Assembly: GCF_006345805.1 (NCBI RefSeq)
Contig: NC_043018.1
Coordinates: forward strand, 6,882,001-6,946,000
DNA from: Octopus sinensis
Lineage: Eukaryota
Reading direction: 5' to 3'
DNA: 64,000 bases
Shown piece by piece: positions 1 to 13,195 of this stretch. Position numbers and translations under genes: made by a program. The notes beneath the pieces are model-generated. The model did no database searches. It was not told the DNA's origin and was given only the letters and a program-made list of their open reading frames with translations. Position 1 is the stretch's first letter. Each line of letters begins with the position of its first letter.

Positions 1-769
1 TGTATATATATGTATACATATATTAATATGTATGTATATATATGTGTATATATATATATATACATATATAAATATGTATGCATATATATGTGTATATATA
101 TATATATATACACACACACATAGATACAAATATACATACATGTGTGGGTATGTATATATATATATGTATACATGTATATGTATATATATGTATATGTATA
201 TATACACACACACACACACACATCATATATATATATACACACATGTTAATGTACTTGTTTTGCAAAATTCCTGATGTGAAATCATGTGTTGAAACAGATA
301 TAAAGAAAATGACCATCCCAAAATATAACAATATATAAATTTATATATATATAGGTAGATAGATAGATTAGACAGATAGATAGATATACATACAAAGAGA
401 GAGGGTGGAGGGAGAGTGAACAACAATAGCAACAACAACAACAGCAGCAACAACAAGACAGAGCAAGAGAGATATATAAGATGTGTTCCCACCCAGTTTC
501 TGTCTACCAAATTCACCGACAAGGCATTGATCAGCCCATGGTTATAGTGGAATACATTCAGGCAAATCCCAAGTGCCTTGCAGTGAACTGAGACTGAAAC
601 AATGTGGTTGCAAAGCAAGCCTCTTGACCACACAACCACGCAATTTTTTTTTATGATTTATGAAATTTAACAAAAAGACAGAAAATTTTAGAAAGTGAAA
701 ACACGTCGAAAGATCTGAAAAATTTAAGCAAAAAAAAACTAAACAAGAAATCTAATTAAGGAGAATCTT

Positions 770-999
770 TATTCTTTTATTTGTTTCCCTCATCTGACTG
801 TGGCCATGCTGGAGCACCACCTTCAAGGGTTATAGTTGAAGAAATCAACCCCAGGACTTATTCTTTGTAAACCTAGTACTTATTCTATCAATCTGTTTTG
901 GCGAATCACTAAGTTACACAGATGTAAACACACCAACATCAGTTGTCAAGTGATGGGGGAGTAACAAACACAGACACACACACAAATATATACATATGT

Positions 1000-1045
<46 letters not shown>

Positions 1046-1338
1046 ATATATATAATCAAAATAAGCAACAAGTATATCTTCGGTAATTTGGTACGATCGT
1101 TTCATGCTACTTCATTTTATTAAACATTGTAAGTATTACATCAGAAGTAGCATGAACGATCGTACCAAATTACCGAAGATATACTTGTTGCTTATTTTTG
1201 ATCATAATCATCCCATGGATTTATATGGATAATACCATACAAAATTCTGGTGCCTCTGACTTAAGTACCATATTCATTTGAATCTAAATTATGCTGAATT
1301 TATATATATATATATATTAGAAAGATAGATAAATAGAT

Positions 1339-1386
<48 letters not shown>

Positions 1387-1399
1387 CTAGCTAGCTAGC

Positions 1400-1478
<79 letters not shown>

Positions 1479-1660
1479 GGATAGATTATAGATAGATAAC
1501 AGGCTTCTTTCAATTTCTGTCTTCCAAATCCACTCACAAGGGTTTGGTTGGCCTGAGGCTATAGCAGAAGACACTTGCCCAAGATGCCATGCAATGGGAC
1601 TGAACCTGGAACCATGTTGTTGAGAAGCTAGCTTCTTACCACACATCCACACTTATGCCT
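770..1660 (-). mobile_element. SINE family A with its internal slot occupied by (TA)n, a palindrome and (GATA)n
   Basis: 3' half at 770-990 and 5' half at 1500-1660. Confidence 0.75.
1055..1202. repeat. Inverted repeat: 59-bp arms, 30-bp spacer
   Basis: 1055-1113 is the reverse complement of 1144-1202 apart from two 1-nt indels. Confidence 0.95.
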
Positions 1661-1679
1661 ATGTAAATATAACATGCAA

Positions 1680-3275
1680 AATCCTCTCATGGTTTTAGGT
1701 TCAGTCTCACTGTGTGACATCTTGGGGAAATGTTTTCTACAATAATAGTCTTTGGTTGATTTGGTAGACAGAAAATACTCAGATGCATGTGTCATGTATG
1801 TCTGTGTGTTTGTGTGTATGTGTGTACATATGTGTCGTGTGTGTATGTACGTGTGTACATATGTGTCTGTGTGTGTGTATGTATGTGTGTACATATGTAT
1901 CTGTGTGTATGTACGTGTGTACATATGTGTCTGTGTGTGTGTATGTATGTGTGTACATATGTGTCTGTGTATGTGTGTATGTACGTGTGTACATATATGT
2001 CTGTGTGTGTACGTGTGTAGATATGTGTCTGTGTGTGTGTATGTACGTGTGTACATATGTGTCTGTGTGTGTGTATGTACGTGTGTACATATGTGTCTGT
2101 GTGTATGTACATGTGTACATATGTGTCTGTGTGTGTGTATGTATGTGTGTACATATGTGTCTGTGTGTGTGTATGTATGTGTGTACATATGTGTCTGTGT
2201 GTGTGTATGTATGTGTGTACAATGTGTCGGGTGTGTGTATGTATGTGTGTACATATGTGTGTGTTGTGTGTATGTACGTGTGTACATATGTGTCTGGTGG
2301 TGTGTATGTACGTGTGTACATATGTCTGGTGTGTGTATGTATGTGTGTACATATGTGTGTGTGTGGTATGTACGTGTGTACATATGTGTCTGTGTGTGTG
2401 TATGTATGTGTGTACATATGTGTCTGTGTGTATGTATGTGTGTAGATATGTGTCTGTGTGTGTGTATGTATGTGTGTACATATGTGTATGTGTATGTGTA
2501 TGTACGTGTGTACATATGTGTCTGTGTGTGTGTATGTACGTGTGTACATATGTGTCTGTGTGTGTGTATGTACGTGTGTACATATGTGTCTGTGTGTGTG
2601 TATGTATGTGTGTACATATGTGTCTGTGTGTGTGTGTATGTAAGTGTGTACATATGTGTCTGTGTGTGTGTGTATGTACGTGTGTACATATGTGTCTGTG
2701 TGTGTGTATATACGTGTGTACATATGTGTCTGTGTGTGTGTATGTATGTGTGTACATATGTGTCTGTGTGTGTGTATGTATGTGTGTACATATGTGTCTG
2801 TGTGTGTGTATGTACGTGTGTACATATGTGTCTGTGTGTGTGTATGTACGTGTGTATATGTGTCTGTGTGTGTGTATGTATGTGTGTACATATGTGTCTG
2901 TGTGTGTGTATGTACGTGTGTACATATGTGTCTGTGTGTGTGTATATACGTGTGTACATATGTGTCTGTGTGTGTGTATGTACCTGTGTACATATGTGTC
3001 TGTGTGTGTGTATGTACGTGTGTACATATGTGTCTGTGTGTGTGTGTGTGTACGTGTGTACATATGTTTGTATCCAACACCTTACTGCTTCACAACACAA
3101 TCGGTGTTGGTTTGTTTATATCCCCATAACATAGCAGTGGGGCAAAATAGATGAATCTGACAAGAAAATTAAATTTTAAAAAATCAGTACTGGTGTAAAT
3201 TTATCTGACAAAAACCATTCAAGGCATTGCCCCAGCATGACCGCAGTCCAGTGGATGAAACAGGTAAAAGATAAA
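1680..3275 (+). mobile_element. Old SINE family A copy stretched by an internal minisatellite
   Basis: Degenerate head at 1680-1790 and 3' half at 3070-3275. Confidence 0.65.
1790..3068. repeat. ~30-bp minisatellite, about 40 units
   Basis: Unit GTGTACATATGTGTCTGTGTGTGTATGTAC with variable (TG)n length. Confidence 0.95.
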
Positions 3276-3506
3276 TTGAAAATAGGTGTAGCTTTGTGGT
3301 AAGAAGCTTGCTTCCCAGTCGCGTGGTTCTTGTGAGTGGATTTGGTAGACGGAAACCAAAAGAAAGCCATCATGTGTGTGTGTGTGTGTGTGTATGTGTC
3401 TGAGTTTCTGTCTATGTTTGTCCCCACCATCATCACTTGACAACCGATATTGGTGAGTTTACATCCCCGTAACTTAGTGGTTTAGCAAAAGAGACCAATG
3501 AAATAC

Positions 3507-3732
3507 CTATTTCTTTACTACCCACAAGGGGCTAAACACAGAGGGGACAAACAAGGACAGACAGGTATTAAGTCGATTACATCGACCCAGTGCGTAACTG
3601 GTACTTAATTTATCGACCCCGAAAGGATGAAAGGCAAAGTCGACCTCGGCAGAATTTGAACTCAGAACGTAACGGCAGACGAAATATGGCTACGCATTTC
3701 GCCCGACGTGCTAACGTTTCTGCCAGTTCGCC
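3507..3732 (-). mobile_element. SINE family C nested in a family A copy
   Basis: Reverse-complement match; flanks AATGAAAT / AATGATAT resemble a TSD. Confidence 0.85.
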
Positions 3733-4308
3733 AATGATATACCAGGCTTACAAAGAATAAGTCCTGTGGTTGATTTCTTCAACTAAAAAAAAAACCCTTT
3801 AAGGCGGTGCTCCAGCATGGCAGTAGTCAAATGACTGAAACAAGTAAAAGAATAAAAGAAGAAATACAAGGAAAAATATTTTAGAAGAAAAAATCTACAC
3901 AGAAAAAAAAAAATTGAAAATGAATAAAATAAAAAGAACAAATAATTGACAGCACGAGATTCTGTTGGAATGGTAAGCCAAAATAAAAGAACTCTTATTG
4001 CATCTGTAAATTATAGTCTTTGAAACAGAACGACATGCTTGTGCATGGCACTGCATTTATTAATGCCTTGAAAAACCATTTTTAAAAGGAGGAAGCAAGT
4101 GGAGTGGAGAGTATGTTTGGTTTTTCTGTCTTTTATGGTAAAGTGCCTCTTCCTCATCAGGTGATTTGTGGACAGGAATATCAGTTTGTAATCAAGGCTG
4201 AATTTGAACTCACAAATCAACAAATCACGCCGCCTTTTAATGTTTTTATTCATTGTGAGTGTATACACAATATCTGTCTATTTTTCTATCTATCTATCTA
4301 TCTATCTA

Positions 4309-4361
<53 letters not shown>

Positions 4362-4440
4362 GATCTATCTATCTGTATATCTATTTATCTGTATATCTAT
4401 CTATCTATCTATCTTTCTATATATATATATATACACATAG

Positions 4441-4855
4441 ACGTAGGAGTGGCTGTGTGGTAAGTAGCTTGTTTACCAACCACATGGTTCCGGGTTCAAT
4501 CCCACTGTGTGGCATCTTGGGCAAGTGTCTTCTGCTATAGCCCTGGGCCGACCAATGCCTTGTGAGTGGATTTGGTAGGCGGAAACTGAAAGAAGCCTGT
4601 CGTATATATGTATATATATATGTGTGTGTGTGTATATGTTTGTGTGCCTGTGATTGTCCCCCATAGCATTGCTTGACAACCGATGCTGGTGTGTTTACAT
4701 CCCTGTCACTTAGCGGTTCGGCAAAAGAGACCGATAGAATAAGTACTGGGCTTACAAAGAATAAGCCCCGGGGTCGATTTGCTCGACTAAAAGGCGGTGC
4801 TCCAGCATGGCCACAGTCAAATGACTGAAACAAGTAAAAGAGTAAAAGAGTAAGA
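4441..4855 (+). mobile_element. tRNA-derived SINE family A, full length
   Basis: A box TGGCTGTGTGG, B box GGTTCAATCCC, internal (TA)/(TG) tract, (GAGTAAAA)n tail. Many copies in the window. Confidence 0.9.
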
Positions 4856-5322
4856 GTATATGTGTATATATTCATACATATATTTATTTGTCTGTCTGTT
4901 TATCTGTTAGTCGGTCTGTCTGTCCGTCTGTCTCTGTTTGTCTATCTACCTATCTATTTATCTGCCTAACTATGCGTCTGTCTATCTATCCATCTACGTA
5001 TTTGTCCATCCATCCATCCATCCATCCAACCATTTGTCCATTCATCTGCCTGCCTGTCTGTATAACATCATCATCATCATCATCATTCATCATTTAACGT
5101 CCACTTTTCCATGCTTGCATAGGTCAGAGCGAATTTGCTGAAGCAGATTTTCTTACGCTGGATGCCCTTCTTGTCACCAACCCTTATACCTTTTCCAAGC
5201 AAGGTAACATTTCCCCAAGGCCGGACATGTTTTCACAAATGACTAGAAACAAACGGAACTATTTGTATGATAGTGACATTCATTTTACACCCTTCGTGTA
5301 AAATACACAAGTACACAAACAC

Positions 5323-5680
5323 AAACTCCATCTGTCTAACACCCGTGGACATATTTACAAAGTCTGAAAACAGCACAGCTCCCATGACTTTAGGAAACAT
5401 TTTTTCACGCTAAGAGTTGCTGAAGTATTGAACAAACTGCCAGCATCAGTTGTTAGTTGTCGGAACACTGCATCCTTCAAAACTTCCATGCTTCCTGAGA
5501 TTCGCAAACACTACACCTGATTTTCTCCCCTCCATACACACACAAGCATGTATCTGACTCATACACTATTCACTTCCCAGACATTTGTACATTACTGCAT
5601 ATACTTTATATGCACTTTTGACAAGTTGTGGTGCACCAGAGAACTGTATACAATAATTTCATTATTATTATTATTATTTT
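5323..5680 (+). mobile_element. CR1 LINE 3' end (truncated copy)
   Basis: High similarity to 61540-61880; (ATT)n tail. Confidence 0.85.
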
Positions 5681-5954
5681 ATAAACACACCCACAGAGAT
5701 CCACACAGACAACCATACACAAACGCACACACACAAACACACACACACATATACATACACCTGTACATGTATGTGTGTGTATGAGTGTCTTTGGGCCACA
5801 TCCTAAACATGGACATGGCACTGTGACACCCTCAGTGACACATGGCACATCCATGTTTATGCTTGTGTATGTAGGAATGGCTGTGTGGTCAAGAAGCAAG
5901 CTTCTTGACCACACAGTTCCTGGTTCAGTCCCACTGAGGGGCACCTTGGGTACT

Positions 5955-6175
5955 CTTTTACTCTTTTACTTGTTTCAGTCATTTGACTGCGGCCATGCTG
6001 GAGCACCGCCTTTAGTCGAGCAAATCGACCCCGGGACTTATTCTTTGTAAGCCCAGTACTTATTCTATCGGTCTTTTTTGCCGAACCGCTAAGTGACGGG
6101 GACGTAAACACACCAGCATCAGTTGTTAAGCAATGCTAGGGGGACAAACACAGACACACAAACACGCACACACAC

Positions 6176-6213
<38 letters not shown>

Positions 6214-6380
6214 ACATATATACGACAGACTTCTTTCAGTTTCCGTCTACCACTCACAAGGCATTGGTCGGCCCGGGGCTATAGCAGAAAACACTTGCCC
6301 AAGGTGCCATGCAGTGGTACTGAACCGCAACCATGTGGTTGGTTAGCAAGCTACTTACCACACAGCCACTCCTGCGCCTA
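5955..6380 (-). mobile_element. SINE family A
   Basis: Reverse-complement match to 4441-4855. Confidence 0.9.
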
Positions 6381-6709
6381 TGTGACATTCATTTTATAAT
6401 CTTCATGTGAAACACATACACATACACACACCAACACATATCCACACAAACATCCAAACAGATACATATACATACACATGCTGTGTGTTGTGAGTAGATC
6501 TGGTAGACAGAAACTGAAAATGGCTCATCGTATGTGTGTGTGTATATACATCTATGTGTGTGTGTCCCTTTGTGTCTATGTTTGTCACCTCCCCATCACC
6601 ACTTGACAACCGGTGTTGGTGTGTTTACATCCCCATAATTTAGCACTTTGGCAAAAGAGACTGGTAGAATAAGTAATGGGCTTACAAAGAATAAATCCTG
6701 ATGTCGATG

Positions 6710-6743
6710 TCTGCAGTAGCAGTAGCAGTAGCAGCAGCAGTAA

Positions 6744-6806
<63 letters not shown>

Positions 6807-7320
6807 GAGGAGGAGTAGCAGTAGTAGTAAACGTATTTTCTATAATTACTACATTGCCATATAAATTCATTTCGGAAACAGAAATTCAAATACATTTCCA
6901 CTGGATGGGTGGGGAGAGGGGGAGCTGGAGAGTGTAGCAGAGTTGGTTGTGATTCGGATGAAGGTATTAGTAATAATGAGGACGATGGTGGTGGTGGTGG
7001 GGGGGATGATGATGATGATGATGATAGAGATGATGATGATGATGATGATGATGATGGTGATGATAGAGATAATGATGATGGTGGTGGTGGTGATGATGAT
7101 GATGATGATGATGATGACGATGATGATGACGATGATGATGAAGATGATGATGATGATGGTTGAAATGATGATGATGATGATGGTTGAGATGATGATGATG
7201 ATTGAGATGATGATGATGATGGTGATGATGATAGAGATAATGATGATGATGGTGGTGGTGATGGTGTTGGTGGTGGTGGCTGTGATGGTGGGGAAGGTGA
7301 TGATGATGGTAGCCTTAGTA
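6710..7320. repeat. (TAG)n, then (GAT/GGT)n microsatellite cluster
   Basis: Direct inspection. Confidence 0.95.
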
Positions 7321-7905
7321 ATGAAGAAAATTTAGCAAAAAAAATTTAGGATAACAGCCAAGAAAAATAAAAAAAAAACAACATACAAATTTAAAAACAA
7401 ATAAAAGACAAGAAGCGTGCAATCGGCAGCGTAACATCGCATAGCAGCGCCCTCTGTGATTACGTGAATTCATTATTGCTTAAAAGGGTGAAAATTAAGA
7501 TCCCTTACACGAGAATATTTAGGTTTGGAATCAAGTTTCAGTTTAGCATAGTGTATAAGTGTGTGTATATATTTGTGTATATGTGTATGTATGCATGTAT
7601 ATATATATATATATATATGTGTACATACGTGTGTGTGTGTGTATATATATATCTATCTATCTCTCTCTCTATATATATATATATAAATACATCTGTGTGT
7701 ATATGTATATATATATAGATATATATATATATATACACACACACATGCATAAGTGTGTGTGCATGCATATATGCATGTATGTATAGGTGGACAGATGAAT
7801 GCATGCATACATGTATGTGTGTATGTATGTATGTATATGTGTGTATGTATATGTATGGTATATATATTTATGCATATATTTCATCATATATATATATATA
7901 TATAG

Positions 7906-7936
<31 letters not shown>

Positions 7937-7987
7937 GATAGAAAGATAGATATGTATGTGTATATGCACATACACACATATATTATA

Positions 7988-8034
<47 letters not shown>

Positions 8035-8786
8035 CATACAAGTGTGCTTGTATCTTGTGGGCACATGTGTGTGTGTGTGTGTGCGTGTGTGAGTGTGTGC
8101 TAGTGTGTGATGTATGCAAGTGCATTTGTGTGGGTGTACAATTGAACAAAAATTGAGGCTAGAGAGAGAAAGGGTGGGGAAGGGGAAAAAAAAGAAGAAT
8201 GAGAGAAGAAGAGAAAGAAACGACACAAAAGCATAAAACTGAAGAAGTTAAAAAGCAACAACAACAGTCACAACAACAACAACAACACAACAACAACAAT
8301 CAAAGAACATTTTTTTTTTAAATGCCAGAGACCCACTCCAAGTCTCTCAAAGAACTTTCACTCAGCTCTTGATGCCTTGTTTTGCTTCCAACAGTTTTCA
8401 GCAAAGTCATCCTTTTTTTTTTGACTGTCATTAAATTATGGCAATTTTAAAGGATTAAAAACATCCTTTCTTTCTTCTGTTTCCCATCCACCACCACCAC
8501 CACCACCACCACCACCACCACCACCACCACTCTGCTATGCCACACCGCTTCCACCATTACCACCAACATTTGATGCCTGCCACTTCATCATACGACTTCC
8601 CCCACCAGGAAAATTATGTATATGCATACAGGTATACATATGTATCTATGCATGAATGTATGCATGTTTATGTATATAGTATGTGTGTGCGTGTGTGTGT
8701 ATATATATACATATATATACATATACATATACATACATACACATACATGTATGTATACACCTATCTACATGATTAGGTATATATAA

Positions 8787-8826
<40 letters not shown>

Positions 8827-9055
8827 ATGTATATATATGTCTGTATATGTGTGTAGTTGCAGCAACCATGTCCCTTAAATTAATGTCATCTCATAAATGA
8901 AATGAAGGTCATATTGAGAAATGTTAATCCTATATATGGAGCGGAAAACAACAGTAGCACCATCCTCTACAGGACTGCCACATTTAGTTGACAAATCTAT
9001 ATACACACACACACACACATACCACACCACACACACACACACACACACACACATA

Positions 9056-9086
<31 letters not shown>

Positions 9087-9388
9087 AATATAATATATAT
9101 ATATATATGTATGTATGTATGTATATATGCATCATCATCGTTTAACGTCCGCTTTCCATGCTAGCATGAGTTATGCATATATATATATTATATTATATAT
9201 ATTATATATATATATATTATTATATATATATATAATATTGTATATGTATGCATATATATGTATATTTTTACTATAATTGGAATATATTATCCTCTGGTTT
9301 TAATACTGCCTCTGTTGCTATTAATTATCTATCTACATATCATGTATATGTGTGTGTATAGATATATATGTGTATGTATGTATGTATG

Positions 9389-9431
<43 letters not shown>

Positions 9432-9786
9432 GCACATATATATGTATCTATATATCTCTATATATCTCTATATATATCATGTATATATGTGTATATATAT
9501 ATATGCATAGGTAAGCGCTTGTTTGCATACGTATATACACATAGAGGATTGTCATGGCTTAGAACACTTTTGATCATAAATCTGCTCAATCAAAGCTAAC
9601 CTGGGGTTAAACAACAACAACAACATCGCCTGCGTATCCTCCACCGCCACCTACAACACCAACGCCACCAACACCAGCACTACCATCTGTACTAATCATA
9701 GTTTTTAATGCATATGTATGTGCACATTAATGCACCTGCATGCGTACACATAATTTGCACATGTAAATGGAGAAATGAAAGCAGAA

Positions 9787-9828
<42 letters not shown>

Positions 9829-9993
9829 AGAAAGAAAGAAAGAAAGAAATGAGGCCTAAGGCAAGAAGTAGGGGGGAATTGGGTGAACCAGTTTCTGAAG
9901 TAGGGTTTTAGCTTTTTTTTTTAAAAAAAAGGAGAGTTATAAAGAGCAAAATGAAACTGAAATACGGTATGAGAGGAGATGTAGTGAGAGAAG

Positions 9994-9999
<6 letters not shown>

Positions 10000-10025
<26 letters not shown>

Positions 10026-10345
10026 TATTTGACGTCCGTTTTTCATGCTAGCATGGGTTAGACGGTTCGACCAGGGTCTGGGAAGCCAGGAGGCTGCACC
10101 AGGCTCCAGTCTGACCTGGCAGTGTTTCTACAGCTGGGTGCCCTTCCTAATGCCAACCACTCCGTGAGTGTAGTGGGTGCTTTTTACGTGCCACCGGCAC
10201 AGGAGCCAGGGGAGGCTGGCAAGTGGCCACGATTGGTTGGTGCTTTTACGTGTCACCAACACGGATGCCAGTCAGGCGGCGCTGGCATCTACACGTTTGG
10301 ACGGTGCTTTTTACATGTCACCGGCACAGGTGTCTTAACTGCAAT
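10000..10345 (-). mobile_element. Family E retroposon
   Basis: Reverse complement of the 40985-41422 body, with a (CAT)n tail. Confidence 0.85.
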
Positions 10346-10411
10346 TTCCATTTGATTTTTATTTTGATCGAAAATGGTTTTCGAATTTGTGATGATGATG
10401 ATAATCATAAA

Positions 10412-10476
<65 letters not shown>

Positions 10477-10478
<2 letters not shown>

Positions 10479-11025
10479 GCCCTGATGCAGTACCAGGCAG
10501 TGGCTCTCATGGCTTCTGATCTTAACTGATTGAGTGTTATCATGTACATTGTTTTGTCTTGGTATAAAAGATGGGCTACAGCAAATATTCTGCTCAATAC
10601 CACAGATTTGCTTGTCAGTTGTTTGACCTTAACCAGTTGAGCATGTCTCTTAGTGGCTGACGATAGGTGCATCTCTGATCACGAGCAGAAGTAGTGGGGG
10701 AGCATCATAGCCATGTGTTGAGAGGGATTCTTTGGGGTTGAATATTCACCTCTGGAAACATGGGTGTTTCGTTCACGTCCTTAAACAACCCTTATTCAGG
10801 GACCTTTTGAGCGGGATGGGTTACTCGACCTGAAGAAAATTCTAACTGGGCTCCACCTGCAAGGTCATGTGCTGTTTATCTTGATATGAGATCACCATGT
10901 CGCGCACATATGGTTGTGATGCATGTGCCTGGTGTACCTTTATCAGACGGGTAGTCATGATGGGTATATTGGGGGTATAATTTTACCCCAGTGTCACTTT
11001 GATGGCATGCTCTGCTCGCTCACTC
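10477..11025 (+). mobile_element. ~550-bp element embedded in (AAT)n (copy 1)
   Basis: (AAT)n on both sides; homologous end to end with 18085-18640. Confidence 0.8.
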
Positions 11026-11299
11026 AATAATAATAATAATAACAATAATAATAATAATAATAATAACAATATTAATAATAATAATAATAAAGGTTTCAAA
11101 TTTTGCCACAAGGGCAACAAATTTACATCGACTCCAGTGTTCAACTGGTACTTATTTTATCGACCCTGAAAGGATGAAAGGAATTTGAACTCAGAATGTA
11201 GCAACGGGCAAAATACCGCTAATCATTTCACCCAGCGTGCTAATGATTCTGCCAGCCTTAATATCAATAATAATAAGAAGAAGAAGAAGAAGAAGAATT

Positions 11300-11540
11300 A
11301 TCTCTTTTACTCTTTTACTTGTTCCAGTCATTTGACTGTAGCCACGCTGGAGCGCCCCCTTTATAGTTGAGCAAATCGACCCCAGAGCTTATTCTTTGTA
11401 AGCCTAGTACTTATTCTATCGGTCTCTTTTGCCGGACCACTAAGTTTCGGGGATGTGAACACACTAGTATCGGTTGTCAAGCAATGCTGGGTGGACAAAC
11501 AGACACACAAACATATACACACATATACATATACATATAA

Positions 11541-11571
<31 letters not shown>

Positions 11572-11736
11572 TACGACAGGCTTCTTCCAGTTTCCGCCTA
11601 CCAAATCCACTCACAAGGCTTTGGTTGGCCCGAGGCTATAGTAGAAGACACTTATCCAAGGTGCCACGCAGTGGGACTGAACCCAGGACCATGTGGATTG
11701 TAAGCAAGCTACTTACCACACAGCCACTCCTGCGCC

Positions 11737-11737
<1 letters not shown>
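11300..11737 (-). mobile_element. SINE family A
   Basis: Reverse-complement match to 4441-4855. Confidence 0.9.
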
Positions 11738-11773
<36 letters not shown>

Positions 11774-12347
11774 CTTTTCTACTCTGGGTACAAGGCTTGA
11801 AACGCTTGTGGAAGGGGCTAATTAACTAAATTGGTCTCGGTACTCATGTAGTACTTCCCTTAATCATTCATCATCATCATCATTGTTTGGCGTCCGCTTT
11901 CCATGCTAACATGGCTTGAACGGTTCAACTGGGGTTTGGAAAACCAGAAGGCTGCACCAGGCCCAGTCTGATCTGGCAATGTTTCTACGGCTTGATGCCC
12001 TTCCTAGCACCAACCACTCTGTGAGTGTAGTGGGTGCTTTTATGTGCCAGATGAGGCTGGCAAACGGCCATGATCGGATGGTGCTTTTTTTGCAGAAGTC
12101 AGACAAAATTTGTCGAGGCAAATTTTCTATGGTTTGGTGCCTTTCCTGCCACCAACCTTCATCTGTTTTCAAGTGAGGTAATGATATTTCCCAATGACCA
12201 AAACATGTTTTCATGGAAGATTAGAAAAGAAAGGACACTGCTTGCATGACGATGGGGTTCATTTACAACTACCACATGAAGTCAAGGCAAGGAGGCAGTA
12301 ACACACAAAGACACACATGTTGATCGACTTCATAGCATATATATATA

Positions 12348-12862
12348 ACTAGCAGTATCGCCCGGCGTTGCTCGGGTTTGTAAGGGAAATAACTATATAA
12401 GCATTTTTAGAGAGTTACTTCCCTTATAGATGCCAATTCGGGCTTTCTTAGCCATTTCTGTTTTGGTGTCTTCAAACCATGAAGTCGTTGTTCTAAAAGA
12501 ACGCTGGTCTCCTTGACAACGCTTTACGACATTGATTTCCTTACACTCCCTTCCCCACAGCTTCACGAGGGAGGGAAGAAGGGGGAGAAGCAAACAGGTG
12601 CAGGTGTGACCATGGACGCCAACTCCGCCGCCATCGATACACGAAAAATTATGCATTAAAATGGAATAAAAAATGATGTTAAATTATTTTTAAAATCCTA
12701 GACTCATCATAGACGCACGCTAATACTCAGGCGGGCTCGATATGAATCACGACTATAAGATACCCGAATTTGGTTAAACTGCACCGCAAAATGTGGGAGT
12801 AGTTAGGAATCTAAATCGAAGGGGACAGACACTCACACAACTACAGTTTTATATATATAGAT
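12348..12862 (+). mobile_element. Helentron/HINE-like non-autonomous rolling-circle element
   Basis: 5' ACTAG followed by the short hairpin CCCGGCGTTGCTCGGG; 3' CAGACACTCACAC...TTTTATATATATAGAT; inserted in a TA-rich site. Confidence 0.65.
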
Positions 12863-12916
12863 ATAATTATATATATACGCATGTATATACGCTATATATA
12901 TATTATATCTATATAA

Positions 12917-13195
12917 TTTTTCACGCTGAGAGTTGGTGAAGCATGGAACAAACTGCCAGCATCAGTTGTTAGTTGTCGGAGCACTGCATCCTTCAAAACT
13001 TTCATGCTTTCTGAGATTCGCCAACACTACACCTGATTTCCTTCCCTCCATACACACACAAGCATGTATCTGACTCATACATTGATCGCTTTCCAGACAT
13101 TTGTACATTACTGCATATACTTTATATGCACTTTCTGACAAGTTGTGGTGCACCTGAGCACTGTATACAATAATTTCATTATTATTTTTTTTTTC
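12917..13195 (+). mobile_element. CR1 LINE 3' end (short copy)
   Basis: Same 3'UTR as the 5323 and 61362 copies. Confidence 0.85.

Noticed and set aside
1628-3154. ORFs of 370-490 aa (HT/YT and VC/VY repeats), and similar ones at 32667-34752, 51754-52406, 57204-58048 and 58263-59274
   Set aside because: They are translations of micro- and minisatellites that lack stop codons by composition; there are no domains or splice context.
4441-4520. tRNA-like heads considered as tRNA genes
   Set aside because: They are followed by SINE bodies and do not form a complete cloverleaf; no genuine tRNA, rRNA or CRISPR array was seen in the window.
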